Below are positions 50,380 to 63,427 of a stretch of DNA of 64,000 nt, in pieces. Below the pieces are notes generated by a model. The model was not told where the DNA came from. It saw only the letters and a program-made list of their open reading frames with translations, and made no database searches. This DNA comes from Dipteris shenzhenensis (Eukaryota): NCBI GenBank assembly GCA_047967505.1, contig CM106538.1; one strand, written 5' to 3'. Both the position numbers and the translations under genes were made by a program. The first letter of the stretch is position 1; every line of letters begins with the position of its first letter.

Positions 50380-50645
50380 CTATATCCTAAATCCTACACC
50401 ATAAGCTCAAAGCCCGATACCTTAAATCTAAATCATAATCTCAAACTATATACTTCGAACCTTTTAGCCATTACCCTAAACCCTTAAACCCTATATCTCA
50501 ACCCTTAAGCCCTATACCATAAACCCTATACCCTAAACCCTATCTCCTAAATCCTAATTCCTAAGCTTTATACCATATACCCTAAACCCTAATTTCTATA
50601 CAATATAGCCTTAACCTTATAACCTAAACTCTAAACCCTAAATAC
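50380..50645 (+). repeat. Degenerate telomere-like (CCCTAAA) tract
   Basis: Several exact CCCTAAA units (e.g. ccctaaaccct) among degenerate 7-mers. Confidence 0.75.
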
Positions 50646-52499
50646 GCCTTTGTAAATTTCTATCCCAATGAAATTGAAATGAAAAGAAGAAAACTAATAC
50701 AGAATTTGTAGTTTATTCAGTCGAGAGTAATAGTTTTTATAGTTTTTCTATAGCTCACAAAGGATATGGCGATAGAGTTTGTTTTTGGGATGGAGGTGAT
50801 TTTATCTTGCAATAGAGAAGAAGTTACATTTTCTAGGATCCATGATAGTGATCCAACTTCCATTTTCCATTTTAGAAGACTTGGCAAAGGTAAGGTGGAA
50901 GTAAGAATAAATGTGGAGATATGGAAACACTTGGAGATATTATGCACTCTAATGCATCCAACAAAGATTTTGTCACATGGGACAATGATGAGACTTATCC
51001 AAAAGATGTCATTAGGAATACCAAACACATCTCTTTTGACTTTATAGTAGGATATTTTTTACAAATGAAGTCATTTGTAAATAAGGATGTAGCACAAGGA
51101 AAGTATTGGGATTTGAACGAGTGGAGCCATTGTCATTTGCAAAGATGAGAATCATTTATTCCTAGAGAATTGAGGAGTGGGAGACAAATGATGGAAAGCA
51201 ATTTATATTATCACTACAAATACCATATTTTCCCTAATTAATCATATAATGAATGTGTAAACATTGCCAAGAATTCTTACAATATGATAGGCCCTTTGAT
51301 GTGATTATTTGCGTCATGAAAATTACTGATTATGGTATGAATGATAACAAGAGCTTAATAGGATCTTCATGGATGATCCCTACTATAAGGTGATCTAGGT
51401 TATGACATGGAGCATTGCAAATTTTGGATATTAGAATGCCCTATTAGACGTGGATGATTTCTATGGTGAAACTTTTGTACTCAACTACTACAGAAGTGAT
51501 ATCTTATCATCAAGAGTGGATGAGCTCCTTCACATTGAGAAGTTGAAAGGTTTCAATATTGATCCCCGATGTAGAGTGGATGAATTAAAACACACTAAGA
51601 AAGGAAAATATTTCATTAGTGATGTTTTATAAGGGATGAGTTCATGGACATTAACAAACTTGGTAAAAGAAGATGCGGAGTCAAGACAACCATGCAAGGT
51701 GGAGTTGTGGCCCTTCTTGGAAGAAACACAATGTATTGGTAAACTGAAAAGACACATGAATTGATAGAATCCTTGAGAACATGTGAAAGAGAACATTGAG
51801 GAAAAATGCACTTTGTTTTGGACAGATGTTGGTAATGACTTGCCCTCTGGAATTTGGCAATGAATTTGAATCGCTACTTCCACATCCTTTTTATGGACCA
51901 AAAGAGAGTTCATGCTAGAAGTAGACCTAAAAGTCAAACTTTTTGTGGCAGTTTGGCTATCAGATGATGAATTCAGAATATGAGAATGTGAGGTTCTAGG
52001 TTGCAAGAGTATTGGACCTAAGGAAGGATGATCATGGGAGAGCAGTGACATCTATAGTGATATGGTATGAGCCAAGAGGCAAAACAAAGAATACATATAA
52101 CAACACATTATATACTTATTATATAAAAAACGAATGGGTCCCAAACCATGAATAGGTTTCAGAGAAACACATAGAACAATCATGTTGTCTTGAAAGAAAA
52201 GACAAAGAAAACCAAGAAGCACTTGATAGAAGGAAAAATAAGAATACCAAAATCAAATATTTTGCTTATGCAAGAGTTTTTAAGGATGCTCACTTAGGAG
52301 CAATAGTGCAAATGTCATGGAGAATTTCATTATAATAGCTTCATGTTAGAGTCCATCATGTGGCAATACAATGAGGCAAGCAAGTGATTTAAGGATTAAA
52401 AGAAGCAACAAGCACAACAAACCCATCAATTTGTGTTGTCTGCCAACACTATTCAAGCAACAATGAAGACGATGATTGGCATTGGTTAAATGATAGTTA

Positions 52500-52987
52500 A
52501 TGCAGATGGGGTGGGGGGTGAGAAATGGGGTAAAGAATAGAGAATGTGCGCCCCTCAAACAGTGGAGTTGATGTTGCAGTAAAAAGATCATCTTGCTCCA
52601 TGCTATCATCCCTCCCTTGATGGACATATAAATCCCGCACCATATCATCAAACACCTCCTCCTCCATGGCTTCATGAGGTAATGGCGGAGGGCTACTATC
52701 ACCATCACTCCATGCATCTGTAATGGTCCCTCCTAAAGATCCCACCTCATATCGCTGACGCTTCGCCTCCTCACGGTGAGCATAGCGCAACATATGTGGG
52801 TGTGGCACTGCATCCTGTATCAAATTAAAACGGGATCATAACTCAAACATATGAACACCCATAGGTATCTCAATCAACCTTAACTTACAAACCCTTACCC
52901 TGTTTATAGTCACATCCCATTCTCCATACTTTGAGATATGATTGAGTGTAATCCTGTGTGCACGATACATGTTTCCTCGACATCGAT
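52500..52987 (-). mobile_element. Older CACTA transposase 5' region, target of the nested CACTA; continues at 63944-64000
   Basis: DDMVRDL...ATSTPLFEGRTFSIL is a CACTA N-terminal motif. Joining the flanks across the TSD restores MWLEQKIKCLCDRCRGNMYRAHRITLNHISKYGEW. Confidence 0.85.
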
Positions 52988-53324
52988 CACTACTACACAT
53001 GGATCTTATTGCGATGTTTATGTACCGATGTTTAGTGCCCGCTTAGCGTTAATCGTTGGTATGAAAAGCGGGTTTCCTAAATTGTCGCTATATAGCGACT
53101 GTTATTAAAAGTCGCTATATAGCAACACTGATATACAAATTTATAGTGACGTTTTTACAAAGAGGTTTTTTTTTTTTAATAGGCCTTAAAAGTTAGTTTT
53201 TTCTAATGATAAATTTTTTTAAATCTTCATACATGTTTGAGCTCATAGAGAATAAAAAAATGAGAGCATGTACATCAAGCCTTTGAAGCTCATATATTCA
53301 TGTCCAAGTTTGAGATGAGAAAAA

Positions 53325-56300
53325 TCAAATAAGAGCATTTACATCAACTGTTTCATCTTGAGCCAAGTCTAAGGCACCAAGCAAGTCTATCTCCAACTCT
53401 ATACCGAGTTGATCTCCTATATCATCATCGTACTCTAGCATCGTACGTTCACCTAAAAGTATTTGATCATCTTCTTCAATAAAGCTTAAGTGTGGTGATT
53501 GATCTTGATGATTGTTGTCTTCTTCATCAATATCGTGATCTCCATCCTCCTCCCGTGTGATGTCATTATGCGCATCTTCCTCTTGGCTCATATGGTGATC
53601 TAGATCTTCTTCACTAGATTCATCAATTGGATCCGGCATTGGTAGTGGCATCTCCATATCCACATCTCGATCTTCAAAAATTTGCTTACTTCATGGTGCA
53701 ACTTGGATCACGTACCACCATCTTGGATCAGAATGATCCGGATGAAAAACCACCTATATTGAAGATGGGAGCCAAATGTCGTCAATTATATATATGAAAT
53801 TATGCTCAAGTACATGTATCAATGGACTTTAAAAATGAAAGCTTCGACTAATTAAATCATTAGTATGCACCTGCTCACAGTGCTCGGGAAGAACAAAAGT
53901 ATCACTTTCATCGGTCCAATGTTTGGTGGAGTCTATTGCAAAGAGACCACTACTATCTTTTCTCACTGTTGCATGGGGACCGTTGTAAGTAGTTCTAAAC
54001 CATTTTACATCAAGAATGAAAATAGTAAATCGTCCGAAATTAATTTCATAGATGTCGCGTATGGTTCCACAATAATCCAACTGTGAGGAGAGAAGATTGG
54101 TATCTGAAGCACTTGCTCGGCTATCTTGTGTGAAGTTAGCCATGACTCCACAATCATACGTGACTCTCTTTGAATTGATGCATTCCACGTGAAAATGTCG
54201 TCCATATGACCATAATGCACTGTACTTTTTGTACTGTAAAAGAGCATCATTAAAACAATGAAGATGCATCTATTTTATAGCATATATTGCCACAAATAAT
54301 TACTTAATTACGTCAAGAGGTAAGAAACTTACATGCACCATACATCCAAATGATAACTCTCACTCGCACTCGTTTCTTGTCTCTCCATCACATTCGGCTT
54401 TACGTAGAGCCAGTTGTAGCCAATCAAGTGACATGTGAGTAGGGAGAAGAGCCAGATCTCATGGATATGGTTGTGATCACCTGTACATTACTTTGAATCT
54501 CATCCTTGCATTTATTCTTTCTGCTTTGGCCACTTCATATCTCTCAATCCACTTCTGCATCTCAGGGCTATTGAGGATACAAAACTTATTGAATTTCTCC
54601 ATTTGCTCTTCGCTCATCTTTCTTTCAATCCCTTTTCCTTGGGGAACCTCACCAACGACACGATCATCATCCTTGTTGTGCCAAGCTTGCGGCATATCAG
54701 GATCCATGGATGTAAGAAACTCTGTGATATATACTAATGACTCTTGCACAAGCCATCCCTCTACCATGCTTGCTTCTGGTCTTGCTCTTTGTCTTACAAA
54801 CCCCTTTAAAGTTTTCATAAACCACTCGAGAAAAAACATCCATCGACTATGAACGGTACCTGCTATAGCCACCTCATCAACTATGTGCACAAGCAAGTGG
54901 ACTTGAGTTGTCATAATGCTCGAGGGAAAGTGCTTCTCAAGCAAGCATATGGCTTCGATGGATTTCACCCTAGCCTTCTCGATGCTCGATATAGAGATCT
55001 CTTTTTGAGATATCCACCTATTTCACATGTCCATGCATATGTAAGATATTTGAGATATCCACCTATTTCACATGTCCATGAAGAAAATACATAATGCGAT
55101 TTGATAGTAAGCATACCTCACAATACCACAGATCTTGAATATAGCATTTCTAACATCTTCTTGTAAGCACCCTTTTATTATAATTGGGAGGATGAACTAT
55201 CAAAGCAACAATGAAGTCATGTCAATATTATAACATAATAATAATTATGCTAATGCATCACGATTATCGGTACACTAATTCTACTTAGAATACCTGTAAG
55301 ACCTTGTGCCAATCATGGGACTTGAGGCCACTAAGCTTATTGTCCTTTGAAAATGCTCCTTTCAAGCAACGCATGTACCCTGTCGGTGTTTGAAAAGAGG
55401 CAATGTCTGCCTTGACCACTGCCTCCTCCCTCATAGAGAGGATCCACGTTGCTTTCGAGAGGACAACTTTTCCTGAAGCATGCACTTGGGGCCACAAACG
55501 AGACATCCTATTCATAGCACGCAAGTCTTCTCGCACTCCTCTCGAGTCCTTGGAACCAACCAAGTGTGCCCAAATAGTAGCCCCCACATTCTTGAAGATA
55601 TGCATGGGATCCAAGAGATGATTGATTTGTAACTGACCCCAATAAGGAAGCTCGTGAAAGATCGATAGCCTCTTCATACCAGGAGGAGGTTCCTCTCCAT
55701 TCGCCCTCCAAGCTTGAATCCAATCACTTGCCTTCAAATATGATGGTGGTGGATCAAGCTGACCTCCACGTGCGAGATGGTCGAGCGGAAGGTATCGAGC
55801 ATGACCTTCATAAACATTTTTCCTCATATGTTTGGAGTAGAGTGCAAGCGATTTTAGAGCCGGTCCACAAACAAGACAAGCATGGTACCCACTTGTAACA
55901 AGTCTTGCATGCGTGCATGAATGTGTTAGTACAAGACATGCATGCAAAAGAGAGTAAAAAAAGCATAATCCCTCATTGTACATGTAAAGACACAACCACG
56001 TACCTGCGCACTCTCCATATCCTGGGTAGTCATGCATGGTCCACATCAAGATACCCCTAACCAAAATATCATTGGTATGTCTAAGAGCTCTGGAAATATC
56101 AAAGAACTGAAGTCCTCTCCATAATATCTGTAACTCCTCTATCAAAGGTGCCATGTACACGTCCATGTTTTTTGCCTTGTACTTTCCTGGCACAAGTAGT
56201 GCAAGCATGAGGTGTCCCTTTTTTATTGTTAGCCATGGTGGGATATTGTAATTCACCACAACTATAGGCCATGTCGACCAAGATGTCGAGCGTAACCTGA

Positions 56301-57396
56301 AAGGATTCATGCCGTCCATGGCTAGCCCAAGATGTAAGTTGCATGGCTCCCTCGCAAAGTCCGGCCATTGATTATCTATGTGCTTCCAAGCTACATAATC
56401 TGTGGGAATCCTCAATGTGTGATTAGTGGACCGATGAAATGCATGCCATGTCATCAACTCCGCTATGGATTTGCATCGGAACATGTGTTGTATTCTTGCA
56501 ATGATGGGAAAGTGTCTCAAGACCTTTACCGATATCCGCTCACCCTGCAAGTCATCTCTATATCGTTGTTCCCCACACTTTGGACAACTAGCCAAATCTC
56601 CATGCTCATGATGAAAGAGAATACAATCATTACGGCAAGCATGGATGGTATCATAATCCATACCCACCATTGTTAGCATCTTTTTCGCTTCATCTCTTGA
56701 TGCGGGCATGGTATTTGGTATAGGCAACATCTTCTGGAGCAACCTATGACAAAGACACTATCCAAATGATGATTCTCAAAACAAACAATATCCAAATAAT
56801 GAGTCAAATTAATGCAAGGGCTAACCTCATTAAGGCCGAGACACTTCTATCCGACCACCCATACTGTACTTGTAGATTCAAGATTGAGAGACAAGCACGT
56901 AGTTTAGACATCCTAGCACCCTCGTACAATTGTGTTGATTGCAACTCTTGCATTTTGACCTTAGACTCTGACATCACGTGTATGTGGGATGTAGTGCCCC
57001 TAAAAATGGAATCCATCATGTCGACCATACCCTCGTCATCATCCGGGAGACTATAGTCTTGCTGAAAGTGAGAAGGTATATGTGTACCCTTGTCACCCTC
57101 CTCATCTTGTTTTAAGATTTCGTGTAAATATAAGATCTTCTATTTCCTGGTATACAATAAGATTGCGAACTTAAATAGCTTTGACTTACCGATGGTCCAT
57201 CAACATGTGCAACACCAACGGGGGGTACTGGTTTCGGCTCCTCCCCATACATCCGCAAGTGGCGCATGATAATACGATGTTGATGTCGTACTTCTCGCTT
57301 GCAATGAGTGCAATGATAGTATAACCTCTCCGTAAGCCACTTCGTGCTCCCGGGCATTGGCGCATCATCGGACGAGCTTCCACTCGTCCCTTCCAT
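53325..57396 (-). pseudogene. CACTA TnpD-like transposase, multi-exon (transposase-associated Zn domain, Transposase_21/Tnp2 core, DUF4218- and DUF4216-like parts, acidic tail)
   Basis: HCTHCK...RHLRMYG; IHACRNDCILF, CPKCGEQRY, LGLAMDGMNPF, YNIPPW, MHDYPG, LDPMHIFKN, GLKSHDWH; VHLLVH...RWMFFLE; DYCGTIRDI..VKWF, FVLPEHCEQV. GT-AG introns; in-frame TGA stops at ~54477, 54460 and 53692. Confidence 0.92.
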
Positions 57397-57501
57397 CTAC
57401 ACTCATAAAATCACAACATAAGCATGAAGAAGAGATATTAATAGTTATAAAATAGCATGTTTGAGCTTTTTTTGATGCCACATCAAAAAAGTGCTGTAAG
57501 C

Positions 57502-57572
57502 GTCGCTATATAGTGACTTTTTCCTCTGTTCCGTCGCTATATGGTGATGAATAAGCGTCGCTATATAGCGAT
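57502..57572. repeat. Internal cluster of three GTCGCTATATAGCGA-type palindromes
   Basis: Same motif as the CACTA subterminal repeats, located between the two divergent genes. Confidence 0.9.
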
Positions 57573-58419
57573 GCTGTGGGTTAAAACCCAAAACTCTAAT
57601 CACGTGGCGTTTTCTTCATCCTATTCCCTAATCTCTTAAGCAAGCAAGCCAATATCTCCTCCCACCTATTTTCAATGACCTCCCACCTATTTCAAGCAAC
57701 CTCCCACTCTATTTTCCACTCCTCACCCTTCTCCTACCTCTTGTACTCCCTCTCTGTCCTTTTCCCTCTATGGTTTCTTGAAAGGAAGTTCTTCAAGAGG
57801 TGAGTTTGTTTCAACAATGTAGGTTGTTTGTTTGTTAGCTTTAGTTTTGTGAGTGTTTCTTCTTGTATTGCTAAACCTGTAAACTAGTTTTCATGCTTGT
57901 TTTGAAAGGATTGCAACAAAAAATGAGATTTCAAGAAAGAAAGAAAACTCACCTCTTTTTTCTGTATTTCTCTTCCTTCTCTTTCTCCTTGTCTCCTCAA
58001 TCTCCTCCTTTCCTTGTCTCCTCAATCTCCTCCCTTCAAGAAGTTGCTTTTGTAATCTCCTCCTTCCACTAACATCTTATTTGAAAAAATGGGTTGTTTT
58101 CTCTCTTTTTGTAGGTCCAGTCCACTACACCGAGCAGAACATACTATTTCAGGTAAGTGCTTCCTCTTTTTTCCATTTATTATTTTTGTTATTTGCATTG
58201 GCTTGCAGCTAGTGCCTTAAGCGCTAGCTGTAGTGATTGGCATAGGAACCCTCTCTTCCCCTCAAACTCTTTCCTTCTTCCCCCTTCTCTTATTCTCTTT
58301 TTTCCCCCTTCTCTTTTTTTCCCTCTTCTCTTATTCTCTCTTTCCCCCTTCTCTATTTCCCCGTTCTCTCTTTTCCCTTCTCTCTTTCCTTTCCCTCTTA
58401 TTCTCTATTTCCACATTGC

Positions 58420-61400
58420 ATGAGAGCATGAGCTTCTCTCTTTCCCTTCTCTATTTCCCCCTTCTCTCATTCTCTATTTCTGCATAAGCTTATGCTTATG
58501 CTTCTCTCATTCCCCCTTCTCTCTTTCCCCCTTCTCTATTTCCCCCTTCTCTCATTCGCATAAGCTCATGCTCATGCATGAGCATAAGCATGAGCTTATG
58601 CTTATGCTTATGCTCATGCATGAGCATGAGCTTATGCTAAACTCAAATTCATATAATTTTATACCTAAAGTAAAGGAAAGGGCATGCAAAATCTCATTAG
58701 GACCTGTTAAAATCATTCTAAAAATCCATTTGCATAAGCACTGGAGGGGGCAATAAGAAAGTGGGTGCCAAAATAAAGGCACGCAAACTTCCCAATAGGG
58801 ACCCCCAGTTAACGTTTTCCCAATTAATTAATTTGTGGATTGCGGGCTAGGGGGAGTGATTGCTCGATTAACCTAACCGTGGGGCGAGGGGGGGCACAAA
58901 AAATATTACGTCGCGATTAACGTAAGGGGGGGAGGCTTCTTTGAGAAGCCTACACGCCGCTAGTATAAAAGGAGAGGAGGGTGGTGTTGTAGGCAAAGAT
59001 GGGGGTTGTGAAAGCCTCTAAAGAAGGAGGAGGGAGAGAAGGGGAGGCAGGGGGAGAGAGGGGAGAGAGGCAAATAGGAGAAGCGAGGAGCGAGGAGAGT
59101 TGAGAGATGATGATGGGAGGGGAAGCGAGGGATGGAGGGGGAAGCGAGCGAGGGGGAGGCTAAGAGATGGCGAGGGAGGGAGAGGCTGGAGAGGAGCGAG
59201 GGAGGGAGAGGCTGAGAGATGGCGAGGGAGGGATACGAAAGAGGAGAGGTGGAAGAGAGCGAGCATGTGAGGCAGGCAAGCAGGAAATTAATCAATGTAC
59301 CTTAGCTTCATTGGAGGGAGGCAAAGAGTGACATAAATTAAGCAATACGATTTGAAGGAGAAGCGAATAGGAGAAGCACATTCTACTGGCCTTGCTAGAA
59401 TTTCATGCTGAGTAGTAAGGGATCTTTCAACGAAGACCTCATAGCAGTAAAAAACAATTATGTCACTCCATCAGAGGCAAGTTCCTTGCACATTCTTAGC
59501 CCCTCACAACCCCATTAACCCAAATCCAAATTCTTACTCTATGGCAAAATAATTGATCACACCATTGGTATAGTAACACGCATGTACACATGCACGTGCA
59601 CACATGGATAATTTATGGTGAAAACTATAAAATGAGACCATTTCATACAATTTAGAGGGGAAAATAGACTCTGATGGTGATTTGTTCTTGCACCAATATT
59701 GATCCCAACATTTCTTTATTTGTTGCACATTTGTAACCCAACCAAACTTATTGGCCCACTCTAAACTATTTATTGGGGGAAATATGCTTAATGCAAAGTG
59801 AAACCTACAAAATCAAGCCATTTTGATAGAAATTAAGGTGAAAATAGATCCCCATAGTGATGGGTCCTTGCCACAACATTGATTACAACATGTCTTTGTG
59901 CCTTGCACATTGATGGCACTTATAGACCTCACCACACTCTAAATTGTTTTTCTTGAAAAGATGCATGATGTAATGTGGAAACTATGAAATGAGATGGTGT
60001 TGTAGGAATTAAAGGGCTAAATGGATTGTACTTGCACCAAACTTACTCCCATCATGTCTTGATGCCTTCTACATCCAAGGACTAATGGACCTCATTAACC
60101 CACTCTACACCAATCATTTGTTGAAAAAATGGCCTTTAGAGGAGGAAAAAACAAAATGGGACCATGATTGTGGGAAGAGGAAGATAAATTCCAATAAAAT
60201 TTGTAGTCTACATCAATAACAACAAAGGGATTTACACATCCAAGACTCCATTGGACCCTATTAACTTACCTTGAATGGTTTCCTTATGGAGAAATGGCCA
60301 AATTTGTGTCAAAACTAAGAATTGGACCATTGTTATAGGGATTAGAGGGGGAAATTGAATCTTGTGCAGGTGGTGAGGCCTTGTAACAATCTTCACTCCA
60401 TCAGATGCAAGTTCCTTGCACATTCTTGGCCCCTTCACAACCCCATTAACCTAACTCCAAATGCTTACTTTATGGAGAAAGAATTGATCACACCATTAGT
60501 ATAGCAAGCACACATGCACACATGCACATGCGCACATGCCTAATTAAAGTTGAAGATTACAAAATGTTAAGCATAAGCATAAGCATAAGCTCATGCTTAT
60601 GCTCATGCATGAGCATGAGCTTATGCTTAAGTTTCCCCCTTCTCTATTTCTCTATTTCCGCATAAGCTTATGCTTATGCATGAGCTTCGCATAAGCTTAT
60701 GTTTATGCATGAGGTTATGCGGAAATAGAGAATGAGAGAAGCATAAGCTCATGCTTATGCTTCTCTCATTCTCTATTTCCGCATAAGCTCATTCTCTATT
60801 TCCGCATAAGCTTATGCGGAAATAGAGAATGAGAGAAGGGGGAAATAGAGAAGGGGGAAAGAGAGAAGCATGAGCTTATGCGGAAATAGAGAATGAGAGA
60901 AGCATAAGCTCATGCTTATGTGGAAATAGAGAATGAGAGAAGCATAAGCTCATGCTTCTCTCTTTCCCCCTTCTCTATTTCCCCCTTCTCTCATTCTCTA
61001 TTTCTGCATAAGCTCATTCTCTATTTCTGCATAAGCTTATGCTTATGCTTCTCTCATTCCCCCTCATCTCTTTCCCCCTTCTCTATTTCCCCCTTCTCTC
61101 ATTCGCATAAGCTCATGCTCATGCATGAGCATAAGCATGAGCATGAGCTTATGCTTAAGTTTCCCCCTTCTCTATTTCTCTATTTCCGCATAAGCTTATG
61201 CTTATGCAGAAATAGAGAATGAGAGAAGCATAAGCTCATGCCTCTCCTTCTCTCATTCCCCCTTCTCTATTTCTGCATAAGCTCATGCTTATGCTTCTCT
61301 CTTTCCCCCTTCTCTATTTCCCCCTTCTCTCATTCTCTATTTCTGCATAAGCTCATTCTCTATTTCCGCATAAGCTTATGCTTATGCTTCTCTCATTCCC

Positions 61401-61720
61401 CCTCATCTCTTTCCCTCTTCTCTATTTCCCCCTTCTCTCATTCGCATAAGCTCATGCTCATGCATGAGCATAAGCATGAGCTTATGCTTATGCTTATGCT
61501 TAAGCTCATTCTCTATTTCCGCATAAGCTTATGCTTATGCTTCTCTCATTCCCCCTTCTCTATTTCTGCATAAGCTCATGCTTATGCTTCTCTCATTCCC
61601 CCTTATCTCTTTCCCCCTTATGCTTCTCTCATTCTTATGCTTATGCTTCTCTTTCCCCCTTCTCTATTTCCCCCTTCTCTCATTCGCTATTTCTGCATAA
61701 GCATAAGCATGAGCTTATTC
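58420..61720. repeat. Palindromic GCATAAGCTTATGC/GCATGAGC + CT-module array (58420-58640 and 60570-61720) split by a ~1.9 kb insert
   Basis: The modules ctctatttcc, ttctctcatt and gcataagcttatgc are reiterated in both orientations. Confidence 0.9.
59460..60565. repeat. Diverged ~180-bp tandem array with a ~160-bp direct repeat at 59462-59620 and 60393-60565
   Basis: gtgaaa.cta.aaaat.agac...aatt.aggg.aaaatag recurs at ~59620, 59800, 59980 and 60150; tcactccatcaga.gcaagttccttgcacattctt occurs twice. Confidence 0.75.
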
Positions 61721-61919
61721 TCTCTAACTCTTATTCTCTATTTTCTTCTTCTTCCTCTTCTCTTTCCTTTCCCTCTTCTTTCCTTTCCCTCTTCTTTCCC
61801 TCTTTCCTTTCCCTCTTCTTTCCTTTCCCTCTTCTTTCTTCTTGCCTATGCCTATGCCTATGCCTATGCTTATGTTTGTTTTTTTGTTTTTTGTTTTCGT
61901 GTTTGTGTCTATGTTAGAC

Positions 61920-63427
61920 ATGGGATCACGTCGCTCATCCGATGAGTACGGACAGCCTCGCAGGAGAAGAGCTCATGATCTTTATGCTCCAGAGGACTTT
62001 GATTCCTCTCAAGCGACTACCCGAGGACTACCCCTAGTCCAACTCCTCTCGGACCTAGCACTACGACTACCCCTAGTCCGACTCCTCTTCCATGTAGCAC
62101 TACGATTACCCCTCGGGGAACTCCTTTGCTAGCTGAGCATGGCTTTGTCGGAAGTCCCGACGAGTTTGTAGCATAGATGAGTGATGAGGAGGTAGCGAGA
62201 TTCTTCTCTCTGCTATCTCGGAGGACCTCAGCAATTCCCTCCCCTACACCGACGGGTGGACATACTGCCCAGCCATCCCCTCGTGCCCCTTCGACCGCGG
62301 GATCATCACCTGTACATGCCTCTCGCAAGGGAAGGAAGAGTAGGATGGGCGGCTCATGTCAGCACACTCACACTCCTTTAGGTCTCCACTTGGTCCAGAG
62401 ACACAGTATCAATCAGGTCCCTTTCCCTCTCCTACTCCCACTACTACTCCTCGCTCTGGAAGCGCTCGCATAACTTCCACTCCTTCTAACTCTGCTACTG
62501 TCAGTCCTCCTTACTCATCAGGGGATCTCTCCTATCAAATCACATCTGCCGGAGAGATAATAGAAGATAAAAAGGGCAAAGCATTGATGGCTACCATGAG
62601 GAGGTTGATGAGTCATCACTTCAAGAGCGGCATAAATACCGATTGGTGGTATCAAGATGCCCAAAAGAAGCAGGCGGTCATCGATGAGATAAAACAAAGA
62701 TACCCTAATCTGCCAAATGTGGAGTTTAATGACGATTATATGCGAGAGTGCATGGGTTTGGTCTTGAAGCATCGTAGATCAACCTTGCGTACTTCCATCA
62801 CAAAGGGGTTGGCTGCTGGGCAGACAAAGCTGATTGGAAGTACTTCAAGAAGCAACATAGGGACCATCCCGAAATGTTCGAGGGTCAGAGGAGGGCTGCA
62901 AAGAGACGGCTGGACATCGTAGGTACTTCGCACTTTGGTGCAGGCGGATGGTATGCATTCGAGGCAACCGTGGTAAGTCTACTTCTTCTCATTTAATGTA
63001 TTGTTCTATTTGTTTTACTACATATTACATGCACTTTAGCTAACTCTAACTCTCGTAAATTGGATCCACAGCAAGTTGCGATGGGTCATCTTCCTACAGA
63101 TGTAGAGACACGACGCGCATTTCGGATAGGAACAAAGCTGTGGTTCATTGAGCCAGAGGCAATGGGAGCGACGGTCGATTGGGCTGAGGTGGCTGCTCGC
63201 ACGGTATAAGTTTACTCCTACTTGTAATCTCACTTTTTAATTTAAGTTCCAATCTAATTTTCGATTTATATGGTTCACTCTTAGGGTCAAAGCTCAAGCG
63301 TCCCATCATCAAAGGCGAGCGATCAACAGGGCCAAGGATCATATGCAGGTGGCGAGGACGAGGGAGAAGACACAGGTATCGAGGACCAAGGAATAGGCCA
63401 ACAAGATGAGGATGATTCCGGATGAGT
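61920..63427 (+). pseudogene. Second CACTA gene (TnpA/ORF2-like), frameshifted, intron-containing
   Basis: Ser/Pro-rich N-terminus, then MRRLMSHHFK...WWYQDAQKKQAVIDEIKQRY...YMRECMG..LKHRRS and SHFGAGGW. GTAAG donors at ~62973 and ~63204. Lies inside the CACTA termini. Confidence 0.6.

Noticed and set aside
50380-50645. True telomere or chromosome-fusion site
   Set aside because: Short, highly degenerate, single orientation and internal to TE-like sequence.
58157-61945. Leu/Ser/Phe-rich and MLMH-repeat ORFs
   Set aside because: They arise from low-complexity CT and GCATAA/GCATGA repeats.
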